64,000 nt of DNA from Octopus vulgaris (lineage: Eukaryota). The stretch is taken from assembly GCA_951406725.2 (NCBI GenBank), contig OX597822.1, positions 100,874,001-100,938,000 of the forward strand, in the 5' to 3' direction. The stretch's first letter is position 1. Every line of letters starts with the position of its first letter. The notes under the pieces are model-generated. The model ran no database searches. It had not been told where the DNA came from and was given only the letters and a program-made list of their open reading frames with translations. A program made the position numbers and the translations under genes. Below are positions 40,730-53,989 of this stretch, piece by piece.

Positions 40730-41962
40730 AATGTGCAGTGGCTAGAGATCTATCATGGCGAATGATGGACAGAGGGGTCACACTGGAGAGTAAGGAAGAA
40801 GGGGAGATAATAAAGTAGTGATGATCCCAAAAAGAAGGTGCGCGCGTGTGTGTATGAGAGAGCATGTATGTCCGTGTGGAAGAGGGCTGGTGACCTTGAC
40901 GTGTGCGTGTACGCATGTGTTGGTGTGTGGATGATGGTGTAGGTGCTGGGAAGTAGTTAGTGCTAGTGTGTGCATGGTGGTGTGATGTGGTGTTGTGTGC
41001 TATGGTGGTGTGTGGTGTGGTGGTGCTAGTATGGGGGGAGGCGAGAGTGGAGAAAGCAAGGGTGGGGTATGGGTTAGGCTGAGGGTGGGGTAGAGGTGGG
41101 TATGTGGGGTATGTGGGAATGGGTGTAAGGAATGAGGTGGGGTGAGATGAGATGGATAGGGAAGGTGGGGTTGGATTGTGTAGGGGTGAGGTTACGAGGG
41201 AAGGGTGACGATGAGGGAGAGAAGGAAGGGAGAAGGTGGGTAGGAGTGAAGAGAAGAGAGAAGGAGTGTAGGAGTGAAGAGAAGTAGGAGTCGGAGCAAG
41301 AGAGGAGAGGTGGGTGGGAGGAAGTAGGTGAGAGAGGAAGAGAGGAAAGGGGGGAGGGTTAGATGAAGCGGGGAGGAGAGTTGAGCCCATGTGGAGCAAA
41401 GGGGCGAAGAGAGAAGATTAATCCCTGTTTACGGCAAGACGGGAGTCCAGATGGTGCGGAGAGGTAGGGTAGTGGGGTGGTAGGTGAGGGGAAACGGGAG
41501 ACAGGAGACGACGGGGCGGGTGCAGGGGGAGAGAGCAGATGCATGGTCCACAGAAGTGCTCTGGCAAGATAGAGGTGTAGGGATATCCTCGTAAGATGAA
41601 GTGGCGAGCCACGAGTTGAGACTGATTCTCAAAGTCATGGTCGTCACTGCAGAGCCTGCGTAGACGGAGGAATTGGGAATAGGGATGGAGAGCTTGGTGT
41701 CTTTAGGTTGGGAGGAAGGGAAGTTGAGATATGAGTGTGAGTCTGTGTGTTTGTAGTGGACGGAGGTGGTAAGGGTGGAGTGATGAATGTTGACCAAAAT
41801 GTCAAGAAAGGAGACAGAAGTGTCAGAGATAGAGCAGGAGAAGTGGAGGGCAGGATGGAAAGATTTGACAAAAGAGAGGAAGGAGTCTAGATGTTCGCGG
41901 GAGAGCGAGGTTGCACCGATATAGTCGTCAGTATAACGGCCGTATAGTTCGGGAGTGGGACC
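40730..41962 (-). mobile_element. Penelope-like element: RT fragment, endonuclease end, C/A-rich 3' region
   Basis: YGRYTDDYIG..SFHPALHF..SVSFLDI..TSVHYK.TDSHSYL..SIP/SQFLRLRRLCS..FILRGYP, then LIFSL..FAPHGLN. Confidence 0.9.
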
Positions 41963-41980
41963 ATATATATTTCTTTTCTT

Positions 41981-43048
41981 GTATCTTTATGGTTTTCGTC
42001 ACTGTTTACTATTTTGTTCCATTGCTTTCAAATTTGGTATATGTATTAAGTTTTGTATACTAATTATGAAAATGAAATTCATCTTTCCTATAAACCCATA
42101 ATTAATAAGTTATTAACCTTTAAAATCTGCAAAATTTGGGTATTTTAGCCAATCAAAAGCGAGCATTCTACACACCACCATGACAAAGAATTCTGTTTCC
42201 ATAGTAACCACAGCAAAGAAGCACCACATGTTGCATAGCTAATTGCGAAGAACCTTGTTTCCATAGTAATCAACGATGTAGCGCATGCGCACAAGGAGTG
42301 TAACCACCACGTGTTGTATAATTGTTTATTTTCATAACAAAAGGAGTTCGATTCTAAAACGATGGCCACAGCTATAAGCCTTTCCTTTCTGGAGAAGGAG
42401 ATACGAGAAAGATAATTTATTTTTTAAAATCTTAGAGTGTATTGCAAACTTTCGTTCTTGAAGTTTTTAACTAATAAATGTTTGTTTTAAACAATGTTTA
42501 TTGGCTGAACTGGCAAAATGACCATTCCGAAATGTAACAATATCTGTTTCAACACACGACTTCACATAAAAAATCTTGCACAACAAATATATAAACGTAC
42601 TAATGTTTTGACTGTTATTTATAGCAATCCCTGTTGGTTTGTTCGTAGCTTTTACATATTTAATTTACTCGCGAATGTTTTAATGCTAACTTTGCTCGTA
42701 TATATCTTAATGTTTTGACTGTTATTTCTTGCAACTCCTATTGTTTTGTTCGTAGCTTTTGAATATTTAATTTGCCATCGAACGCTTTCATGTTTTTCAC
42801 TGTTTACTCTAGCTAGTTTAATGTTTTGTCATGCCGATACTCCCGCGACACCACTGATGATCGAAGAGACACCTGTTTTCTGATTGGCTGGAAATTCTGA
42901 AAATGATCAAACTTTGAACACCTGTAACATTTTTGCAAGATTTTTCTGGAGTAAATAAATAACAAATTCAAGATTCATCGTAAAAAATTACATCCATATA
43001 ATACGTTTTAAAGATAATTGTAAACAGTGACGAAACCCACAAAGATCC
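41981..43048. mobile_element. non-autonomous TIR DNA transposon (G(G/T)ATCTTT termini, 8-bp TSD)
   Basis: Imperfect TIRs 41981-42013 / 43016-43048; TSD cttttctt at 41973-41980 and 43049-43056. Confidence 0.75.
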
Positions 43049-43051
43049 CTT

Positions 43052-43155
43052 TTCTTTTACTTGTTTCAGTCATTTGACTGCGCCATGCTGGAGCACCGCC
43101 TTTAGTCGAACCAAGTCGGTTGTCAAGCGATGGTGGGAGGACAAACACAGACATA

Positions 43156-43203
<48 letters not shown>

Positions 43204-43352
43204 CACCACGGGCTTCTTTCAGTTTCTGTTTACCAAATCCATTCACAAGGCATTGATCGGCCCGAGGTTATAGTAGAAGACACTTGCCCAAGGTGCCACA
43301 CAGTGGGACTGAACCTGAAACCATGTGGTTGGTAAGCAAGCTTCTTACCACA
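43052..43352 (-). mobile_element. SINE family B, internally deleted
   Basis: B consensus blocks. Confidence 0.85.
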
Positions 43353-43373
43353 CAATCAAACCAATCATATGCG

Positions 43374-43409
<36 letters not shown>

Positions 43410-43441
43410 CATAATTATTACATAATTATTACATAATTATT

Positions 43442-43672
43442 AGGCGGCGAGCTGGCAGAAACGTTAGCACGCTGGGCGAAATGCGTAGCTGTATTTCGTC
43501 TGTCGTCACGTTCCGAGTTCAAATTCCGCCGAGGTCGACTTTGCCTTTCATCCTTTCGGGGTCGATAAATTAAGTACCAGTTACACACTGGGGTCGATAT
43601 AATCGACTTAATCCGTTTGTCTGTCCTTGTTTGTCCCGTCTGTGTTTAGCCCCTTGTGGGTAGTAAAGAAAT
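43442..43672 (+). mobile_element. SINE family A, full length
   Basis: A consensus. Confidence 0.92.
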
Positions 43673-43696
43673 ATATATATTTACATAATTATGTAT

Positions 43697-43757
43697 TTAT
43701 CGCTGAAGAGGGGAAAATTCTTATGAATTAACCCCGAAATTGGGACCAATACGGTAA
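43697..43757 (+). ncRNA. type I hammerhead ribozyme
   Basis: ttatcg-CUGAAGA-gggg..cccc-GAAA-ttg ggac caa-UA-cggtaa; canonical core and all three stems. Confidence 0.8.
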
Positions 43758-44269
43758 TAAAGGATTTTTTAGAAATTTTTATCGGTTTGTTTCGAGACGC
43801 ATAAATTATAATGGTTATTGACAATTTTTGTCTTTTTTCGGCATATCTGTCAGAATTTTTCTTTTGCCCTTATTTTGTAAATTATTTATGAATTTAACCT
43901 TTAAAGGTATTTTTTGATATGCTGGCCATTGATAAAATTTTTTTCCCGAAAAATTTTTTATCCTATATTAGTTATATATATATAGTGTGTGTGTGCGTGC
44001 GTGTGTGTATGTGTATTGGAATTGAATCTCGAAGTACATATGAGACTTAGAGATAATAGCATGTAAATGTGTATTGGGTTACAAAACCCTTTTTCAATAG
44101 AAAATATCAAAGCCTGCCCTTGGGACTTTTTCTATCCAAAAGGAATTTTCAACCCGATATTTGCGTTCTATTATTTATAGTTTTAAATTGACTTCAAGAT
44201 CCAATTCCCAAAAAGAATTATTCCTCTACGTTCTCGAAAACAGTTTATAAATTCTTACGACGTCAATAA

Positions 44270-44322
<53 letters not shown>

Positions 44323-44385
44323 TGTATCTATGCATACGTGCATATGTATATATGTATGCATGTATGTATTCATAATGTATGTATA

Positions 44386-44439
44386 TATCATCATCACCGT
44401 GGTCGAGACAATGGAATTTACCATGTTGCGCCAGACTTC

Positions 44440-44440
<1 letters not shown>
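44386..44440 (-). mobile_element. extreme 3' tip of the RTE-group LINE seen at 29138
   Basis: accgtggtcgagacaatggaatttac matches 29154-29179; (ATC)n tail. Confidence 0.65.
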
Positions 44441-44475
<35 letters not shown>

Positions 44476-44506
44476 GTGTATGTATGTATATATATATACG
44501 TGTATG

Positions 44507-44560
<54 letters not shown>

Positions 44561-44777
44561 TGAGTGTATTTTTACCTTGTTAACAGTTAACACGGAAAAA
44601 TAAATAAATAGTTACCAGGGCAGCAAAAATCTCACAAGTAAAGGTGTTGTAACTCCTTGTTTATAAAGGTAGAAACTTCGTGTTTACGTTGAATATTTTG
44701 AATAATATGAATAAAACATACATGTGTCGAAAGTAAAAATATTTGATTACACCTGCGTTAACTCCATTTTTTATTCA

Positions 44778-44809
<32 letters not shown>

Positions 44810-44859
44810 GTACTTGTTTCAGTCATTTGACTGCGGCCATGCTGGAGCACCGCCTTTAG

Positions 44860-45135
<276 letters not shown>

Positions 45136-45766
45136 TATATGTATACAAAATTTAGAAGACTGACCATTTAAAAGTGGACAGCCTATATGCTAGATATAGA
45201 CGTCAAATCGCCATTTTCCACGAAGAATGTGTTCTCAAGGAAACTTCGCTATTTTGACTACTGTTTCTGATGAGTTGTATTGCGCCTGAGTACTGTATGC
45301 AATAAGTTGTTATTATTAAAAACAAAAAAACAAAAAAAAAAACAACCCAAAATCGGTAAAATATTAACTACATCAAGACACTGTTGTCATCAATGGCCCT
45401 GTGAAAAATGGGAGATTTTCTCATCTTATTCAAACTACTAATAATTGTCAAAATTTTCGTGGCATTTCTGCAACCTGTCACTGATGCAATTTCACTGCAT
45501 CAATCAGAAAGATGAGAGAGGTGCGACGAAAAATTTTGACACTTGGTAGGTTGTACATTTAAGAAATAAATGGGAAAAAACGCAATGTAATAAATTTTGT
45601 GTATTCTTAAATAGTTACAGTTTCTCTTTCAGGTAGTAATGTTTTCATGTTTACAATGTTAGTACGAGATCCTAGACAAGCAGAACTCCAATACATACAT
45701 ACATACATACATACATACATACATACATACATACATACATACATACATACATACATACTTTCAAAA

Positions 45767-45968
45767 TGTGACCGCGTGTGTACCGTTGGCGATTTTTTTC
45801 CTCTGTCTTCCTTTCTCTGGATCTTTCCTTCTATGTTTCTGACGAAGATCTCCGCTCGAAACGTTAAACCCTCCTTCTTTCCTTCTTTCCTGAGCGTCCA
45901 ATAATACTATATTTGTTCCACGTCCTCGCGTTGTTGTGTTTTTTTGTGCTTTCTTGTTTGGATTAACT
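45767..45968 (+). mobile_element. Penelope-type terminal repeat with minimal hammerhead (45835-45869)
   Basis: gttt-CUGACGA-a-gatc tcc gctc-GAAA-cgtt-aaac; same family as 56445-56602 and 62741-62950. Confidence 0.8.
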
Positions 45969-46451
45969 TTACATACATCCATACATACATACATACATAC
46001 ATACATACATACATACATACATACATACGTACATAGTACATACATACATACATACATACATACAGACATACATACATACATACATACATACATACATACG
46101 GCAGTCCGAACTTCCCTCTTGCAACAACACAATATCCCACAATGCATTTTCAGTAACAGAGCTGATTATAACATTTGAGATACTTGATTCGTCTGTAAAC
46201 AAAATCCACTTCGTAGACATTAAAATCCAAAAGATCACCTGGAGATCTCCACAAACATAGTGATATCGACAGGCTCTAGATAAAGGAGGTAGGTGCTTCA
46301 GATCAGTGCAAATAGCCTTCGAATATCGCATACTCTCTCAGACAGCACTTGCTAAACAACGGTGCAAAAATATATTAACTTAATACTGAAAAATGAAGAT
46401 AATATATGTAGATACATACACATATATACATAGACGTAGAAGTGGCTGTAT

Positions 46452-46872
46452 AGGCGTAGGAGTGGCTGTGTGGTAAGTGGCTTGCTTACGAACCACATGG
46501 TTTTGGGTTCAGTCCCACTGCGTGGAACCATGGGCGAGTGTCTTCTACTATTGCCTCGGGCCGACCAAAGCCTTGTGAGTGGATTTGGCAGACGGAAACT
46601 GAAAGAAGCCCGTCGTATATATGTATATGTATGTATATATATATGCATGTGTGTATATGTGTGTGTGTCTGTGTTTGTCCCCCCTCCCCCCAACATCGCT
46701 TGACAACCTGATGCTGGTGTGTTTACGTCCCCGTAACTTAGCAGTTCGGTAAAAAGAGACCGACAGAATAAGTACCAAGCCTACAAAGAATAAGTCCTGG
46801 GGTTCGATTTGCTCGACTAAAGGCGGTGCTCCAGCATGGCCACAGTCAAATGACTGAAACAAGTAAAAGAGT
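46452..46872 (+). mobile_element. SINE family B, full length
   Basis: B consensus. Confidence 0.92.
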
Positions 46873-46962
46873 AACATACGTAAAACATTCTATTATAAGC
46901 CACGAAACGTTGTTTGTTTGGTGAATTGATCAGAAACCGATAGTGATTATATATATATATAT

Positions 46963-48304
46963 ATAATAATAAATATTAGGGAATAAATCCAAATTTACAG
47001 GGAAAAAAAATCAGATTTAGGATTAAATCCAATTTTATAGTAAAATATTATAAAATATTATTAGAGACAAAACCACTATTTTGCAAAACAAACAAGGAAA
47101 GACTTAATCAATACATAAAATTTTAATAAATAGTCAAAAAAACCGCCACTACAATTGTTTCTTGTCTTGATCGACAATCTTCAGGTGGACTTCCAATCTA
47201 AAATATCAATATTTTAAAATATAAAAATAATAATTTTAAAATAATTAAAGTATTAATGAAAAAATATTAATATAAAATCCATATATAACCTATATATAAT
47301 CCATATATAATCAATAAATAAACAATATATAAACTAAAATAAACCTATCAACAATTAAATATAAAATATAAAATATAAAATATAAAATATAAAATATAAA
47401 ATATAAAACAAAACAAAAAAATAATAATAATAATATAATAATAAACTATATATACACCCATACACATATAACTAATTATATATAACCATATCTAACTACA
47501 TACACTAAATCACACACCTATATATATATCCCTATACATACACATAAAAACGTCTAGGCAACTATAAATAAATAAAATAGCTAAATACTTCAACACAATA
47601 CTTATTCATACTCCCCACACACACATACAACCCACAATCCCACTCTAGAAACAGACATCACTCAAAATTATGAACGGAGAAATGGAATAAATGGAATTAA
47701 AAATTATATTCACTTGGTAAAACGAACACTACTTAAAAATTATGAATGAAACAATGCAATAAAACAACAGACATCGCAAATAGACACAAATTACTACGAA
47801 TTCCTTAACAAACCTACCATGATAAACCAAAACTCATAAAAACATATAATGATAAAATCTCCCTTTACTAAACTCTATAACATACCTATATAGCAATCCC
47901 CCTAACCTAAACATTCACACACAAATACACACACGTAAACCACACACCCACGACATATACAAATACCCACCCCACTTACACATACCTATACATACATATA
48001 AACCTCAACATATACTCCAAAACACCACTCAACCCCACACAGACAAATAAACACATACATCCCCAAACCTAAATAGCAAACCCATAAACACATTCACACA
48101 CAAATATACATACGTAAAACACACACCATATACATATACATACTCACCAAACTCGACATATACAACAATATTAACACACCCACATTCATACAGATAAACA
48201 AAACTACATTGTAGTGGCGGTTTTTTTGACTATTTATTAAAATTTTATGTATTGATTAAGTCTTTCCTTGTTTGTTTTGCAAAATAGTGGTTTTGTCTCT
48301 AATA

Positions 48305-48314
<10 letters not shown>
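46963..48314 (-). mobile_element. Penelope-like terminal region with hammerhead and inverted terminal copy
   Basis: Hammerhead at 47146-47188; 47049-47155 is inverted at 48208-48314; (TA)n on both flanks. Confidence 0.75.
47146..47188 (-). ncRNA. minimal type I hammerhead ribozyme
   Basis: ccac-CUGAAGA-ttgtc gatcaa gacaa-GAAA-caattg-UA-gtgg. Confidence 0.85.
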
Positions 48315-48362
<48 letters not shown>

Positions 48363-48573
48363 TATCTTTATTTAGTTATTTTTATAATTATTCCTTTTAT
48401 TTACTTAACTAGTATCTCTTAAAATTTCCAATTATATTAGTGGGTTTTGCCTCAATTATTTCCATTTGTTTTTTGCTTCGTGTGAAGAAAGATCTAATAA
48501 GATGTTAAAACCTAGTTTGAAGATAGAAAAAAAATTACGTGAAGCTGGAAAAAAAAAAGAAACCGGAGGGTAG

Positions 48574-48616
<43 letters not shown>

Positions 48617-48760
48617 GGAAAACTAAGGAAAGAAGAAAAAATACAAAAGAGCATGAAAATACAAAATAATGTAACATACATACATAAAAACATACATACA
48701 TACATATATATATACACACGCACACACTCGCCCATATATATACACACAGATACACAAGCA

Positions 48761-48800
<40 letters not shown>

Positions 48801-48839
48801 TATATAATATACAAACACACACACACATGTATATATGTA

Positions 48840-48887
<48 letters not shown>

Positions 48888-48913
48888 TATATGAATATAT
48901 GTATGTATGTATA

Positions 48914-48967
<54 letters not shown>

Positions 48968-49115
48968 TGTACATATATATATGTATATGTACACACACAC
49001 ACTCACACACACACACATATATATATACATATATGTACATATATATATATATTCATATATATATATACATATATGTACACATATATATTCATATATGTAC
49101 ATATATATATATTCA

Positions 49116-49160
<45 letters not shown>

Positions 49161-49532
49161 GCATATATATATATGTATATGTATATATATGTATATATAT
49201 GTATATATATATGTATATATGTATATACCCATATACACACATTCATGCATATATATATATATGCTTACATGAGTGTGAGTATGTATGTACATGCGTGTGT
49301 GTGTAGGAAATGGTGTAAAAAAACCCACAATGTCATATAGGAATAAAAAAAAGGGGCTTCGAGGAAACAATCAAAACTAAAGAATAAATAATGTATAAAA
49401 AAAACATGAAAAAATACGAATTAGGAATTTCTTCAGATACCCTACAGCTTGTCTTTGTTCATTTACAATAACCTTATCATTATCATCATCATCTTCCTAA
49501 TCTCGCTGCCACCGCATCTGTCGTACCCCCCG

Positions 49533-49575
<43 letters not shown>

Positions 49576-49722
49576 TCTTCATCGTATTCATCATCGTTGT
49601 CATCATCATCGCATCCCACTATCATCATCGTAATAATTATCGTCATTATCGTCATCTTTTTTGCAGACCCATTCTGTTTTTCTTGTGTTTATTGCCTGTA
49701 TATATCTTGTGTATACCCACCC

Positions 49723-49753
<31 letters not shown>

Positions 49754-50384
49754 TACACACACACACACATACATTCATACACACATACACGCATATATAT
49801 GATGGCTCCAAACTCGTGTTCGTATATTGTCTTCACCTGATCGAAAGTCCCACATATACGAAAGCTACGACCAGCCATTTTTGTGATAAGTCTTACTTTT
49901 TCTTTTCAAGCGATGCCTGTGCATAATGATTTTTGATTGTGGGGGAGAAAGGATTTGCACCAATCCAATCCCACTCACTGAACGTGGACAACATAAACTC
50001 GAAAAAAAGAACTAGTCTACTTCATCGAATATTGTTAGTGTCGTAGGTTTTCTTTCAGAGTTTTCCTCTCCTAGTGTAATCTCTGAGTATGAGATTCGCT
50101 TGTAACTGTTAGTATTTCTGTTAAGAAAGACAATAAGTTGGCAGATGCTACTTGCTGTGAGTTGCAATTATTCTGAAATATTTCTGACACAAAGTCTATT
50201 ATTTTAAAAGCATTCAGTATTATTAAATTTCAGTTTATAATGAATTGTTAATAAAGAAAATTAATGATTAATGGATAATTGAATTTGTAGAGCCTTGCAG
50301 CTTTTAGTTCGGTGGGATAGATTTCTGTGGTCAGTTTTTCATGCAGTCAGTCTTTTGCAAATGGTTAGTCTTGCACAAATATTG

Positions 50385-50877
50385 TCTTCGAATTTTGGTA
50401 CAAGGCCAACAATTTCAAGAGAGGAATAAGTCGATTACATCAACTCCAGTGCTCGCCTGGTACTTATTTTATCAATCCCGAATGATGAAGAGCAAAGTCG
50501 ACTTCGGGTTCAATTGAAACTCAGAACGTAGAGACAAACGAGATGCCACTAAGCATTTTGCACGGCGTGGCCGCTCGCTGCCTTAATCTTGTATAAATAT
50601 TGGCTACAAATTTTGGCACAAGGCCAGCAATTGTAGTAGAGGTGGTAAGTCGATGACATCGACCCAACCGTGCTATTGATTCTGCCAGCTCGCCTTGAAC
50701 AATGTAATCGACTTACATCGTCGACGCCAGTGCTCAACTGGTATTTAATTTATCGACTCCAAAAGGATGAAAGCAAAAGTCAACTTTGGCAGAATTAGAA
50801 CTCTAAATGTAAAGACGAACGAAATGCCGCCAAGCATTTTGCCCGGCGTGTTAACGATTCTGCCATCTCGCCGCCTT
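50385..50877 (-). mobile_element. cluster of diverged SINE A copies
   Basis: Repeated A blocks with the ttttggcacaaggccagcaa tail. Confidence 0.8.
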
Positions 50878-50882
50878 AGTTT

Positions 50883-51975
50883 TGTACAAGTATTATATAA
50901 TATTGTGAGTTCAATTTAAGGACAGTTGATTGCGACCTACTTTTGGGATAAACCGATTGTTCTGTCGGATTCATGAAGGAGTAATGAGCTTTTAGGGGAC
51001 CTTTGGCCTTGTGCCGGTCAGGGAAAGTTCGTTGTAAACACCCCTTAAAAAGGAGGAACTTTGAGCTGTAAACACAGTCGGCAGGAAACTCTGCGAGAGG
51101 CAAGTCAGTCGAGGACAGAGCAAGTTGTTTCTGCTGTGAGAGATGAAAGGGCAATTGGCAGTTGGGATTTAGCAGTGGCTGTTCTGCTGTGACAGTGTAC
51201 TGAAAGAGGAAGACAGTCACGAGAGTATGACAGTAGAGTGAGAGGATGAGGGGTTGAGGAAGACATACAATAGGATTAAGCAGCTAATAGAGATGGACTA
51301 CGGTGTGAGGCATTGGCTGTTGTACGGTATGTGTTTAATTATGTTTTGATATGTGAAGAAAAAAAAGGAAAAAGTTGTGGTATTTATGTTCAGAATTGTT
51401 GTGGAAAAGAAAGAACAGTGCTAAAAGGCTGGAAAAGAAATGTATAAAGACATTATGTTAAAGAATCGAACATTGTGAATTATGTAAAAAGAATTGTATT
51501 GATACGTGTTACAAAAAAAGGAGAAAGAAGAAAGAGAGAAAAAAAAAGACTCTGATATAGTCTTTAAAGACTGAAAAGAACTCTGAACTGTATCGTTAAT
51601 GTGTACGTTAATTGTAACGTGAATTATTTGTGACATGAATATTGTATAATGTATTGATTTGTTGTTTTCTTTAAATGCTGTTGTTATATTGCATCTGCAT
51701 GCTGTTGATTCTGTTGCTTGTATTTACCTGATGTATCACATTGTATTTGTTGTAATAGTCATATAAACTAGTAGGTTAAATGTAAGCCGATTGCCTCTGT
51801 GTCTCTTCCTGCTGCTGTTGTTGTTGTCGTTATCTCTCTCCTCTCTGAGTTCCGTGGTGAACTTTCCGATCGATCGAGCCTGGTCAATCGTCGTCGCTCG
51901 ACTTGTTGGGATCCCGAGTTCGAGTTCGAGCGACGGCAGGTGGGATTCCGTAACAACTTTGGGATTCCGTAACAA
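50883..51975 (+). mobile_element. probable solo LTR with tRNA-like 3' end
   Basis: TATA-like ttaaaaa at 51045 followed by cagtc; B-box-like gagttcgagt; ends in GTAACA (duplicated). Confidence 0.45.
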
Positions 51976-52935
51976 TATTGTCTTTAGCCGTTTGAACTAC
52001 CACGTTGTTTAAAACTTGCTCTTCGGACTAGCTTATACTACATTTCTGGCATATAAATTTCTTCCAAACATTTTTCAAACATCTTTTCTAAAAGCGGAAT
52101 ACGGAAAAAAACAAGAAAAAAACAAAAACAAGCAAACAAACAAAAAACAAAGAAAAACAACAATAACCAAAAGCCACAGCAAAAAAGAAGGTAAACCAAG
52201 AAATGAAATGTGTCATTTATAGAAACTGGGGATGGGGAAACTCTTTTAGTATAAGCGGCAAATTATAAGTCCATACGAACCTGTAGGAATTCAGTTGTCC
52301 CAAGAAAAATGTGATCCTTTAATTTTCGAAATCCATAGGTGACACAGTAATTTACTCACTGGTTTTAAGACTTAAACCTGTTCTTTTCATGTGGACGCGT
52401 AAAGATATAACTTGTAGATAGTTTCAAATTTAAGTGATGGCGAAGCTTCGTCTGCGGGTGAGGGGTACCCTACCCTGAGGTAAACGGGTCGATTCGTCTA
52501 CATTAGAGACAGTGTGTCCACCGATTAAAAACAAATAACATTACATAAAAGTTTCATACTGAGACTTTAAAATTTAATTAATCCTTTTGTGCAATACTGA
52601 ATAACGAGAATCAAAACGATGACATTTATATTTATTCTTAGTATATTCCGGCTGATTCTAACGTGAATATGCTAATCGCTGTTGTATTTGGTCATTGGAA
52701 GACAATTTCTCATTTCAGCTGAATGTGTGTTCATAACGCGGTCAATTAGAGTAAGGGGTGTTTTCCGGTGCTTCCAACATGTGTCTCCTCGGCCGCTAGA
52801 CTAATGACTGTTGAGGAGACAAAACAAGTTCGAAACACAGTGTTCCAAAGTCTCCTTACACTAGTGAATATATGTATCATGTACAAATATTCGTCTGAAA
52901 AAAGATTTTCTCCAATGGTGAAATACAACGAGGAT

Positions 52936-53370
52936 GGATCTTTTCGGTTTGAACGGCAGTTTTTTCTAGCGGTGTCATATGAAATTGTTACCCATAATTA
53001 TGACCCTAGTATCGATCTATTGCATTTCTATCTGCTTTAGGGTTAGGGTTAGGATTAGGGGTGGGGGGAAGGGTATCTTTTTTTCTTCACAAATGTAAAT
53101 AAGCCCAATCTGTTTCTGAAACGAGGGACATATTCATACGGCACAGAATGTTTTTTTTTTTTTACCTCAATGGACGTAATTGATTGGTTGAAATTGAAGA
53201 AATTGAAGAAAAAAAAACAACAACAAATATTTAACAAACTATAGAATTTTCTCAATAAAGCCAAGAGAAAAAGATGTTTTATAAACACATTCTACCAGTA
53301 TACGAAGTTAAAAATTTTTTAGTTACCTAGAAATTATTTTTAAAAACTGCCGTTCAAACCGAAAAGATCC
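52936..53370. mobile_element. MITE with 29-bp perfect TIR and 8-bp TSD (possibly Merlin-like)
   Basis: TIR ggatcttttcggtttgaacggcagttttt; TSD acgaggat at 52928-52935 and 53371-53378. Confidence 0.93.
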
Positions 53371-53989
53371 ACGAGGATTAGCATATTCACGTTCGGATCT
53401 TCCGGAACATATTACGAATGAATATGTATGTATGTCATCATTTGGAAATTTGATATTAAAAATATATCTTTTTCTTTGTTTTCGCTTTGTTGCCAACAAA
53501 CCAGTTTTATTTGGAGTCGGTGATGGACAAGATGTAAGAGAATGCTATATTATAGAATGAGACAACGTTTTTTTTAATTTTATTTCCTTTTTCTTTTTTT
53601 ATTTGAGCGATTAACGTAACAAGATAAAGAGCAATCTTTTGTTTTATCTATTTAATTTATAATCCCAAAGAGAATATAATAACGTAAGTATGAATAATTC
53701 ACCAATTCTCCTGTAAAATAAAAGGTCTGCAATAAAACATAAATATAGTGTGGTTGTTTTTTTCGGTAGGTTATTGTCAATTTAAAGCTGAGATGGTGTA
53801 TTTTCTCAAATGGCTTCTGTGTAGATATAACCGATGCCATTACGTCAAAAAGTATGTCCCATAAAATAGTTGTGCCGATACAGTTTCGATACCTAACCGA
53901 GACCCGTTCACATCTGTTACGTCCCTAATACAACTTGAAAAGTAATGAACGTAAAATATACTCACGTTTTGCCTCTTGCCAAAATATTG

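Noticed and set aside
52805-52848. Hammerhead-like ctgttga...gaaacacagtgtt
   Set aside because: The core is mutated at A6 and stems I and II pair poorly.
53037-53060. Interstitial telomere or chromosome fusion site
   Set aside because: Only four units, and they lie inside a TIR/TSD-bounded MITE.
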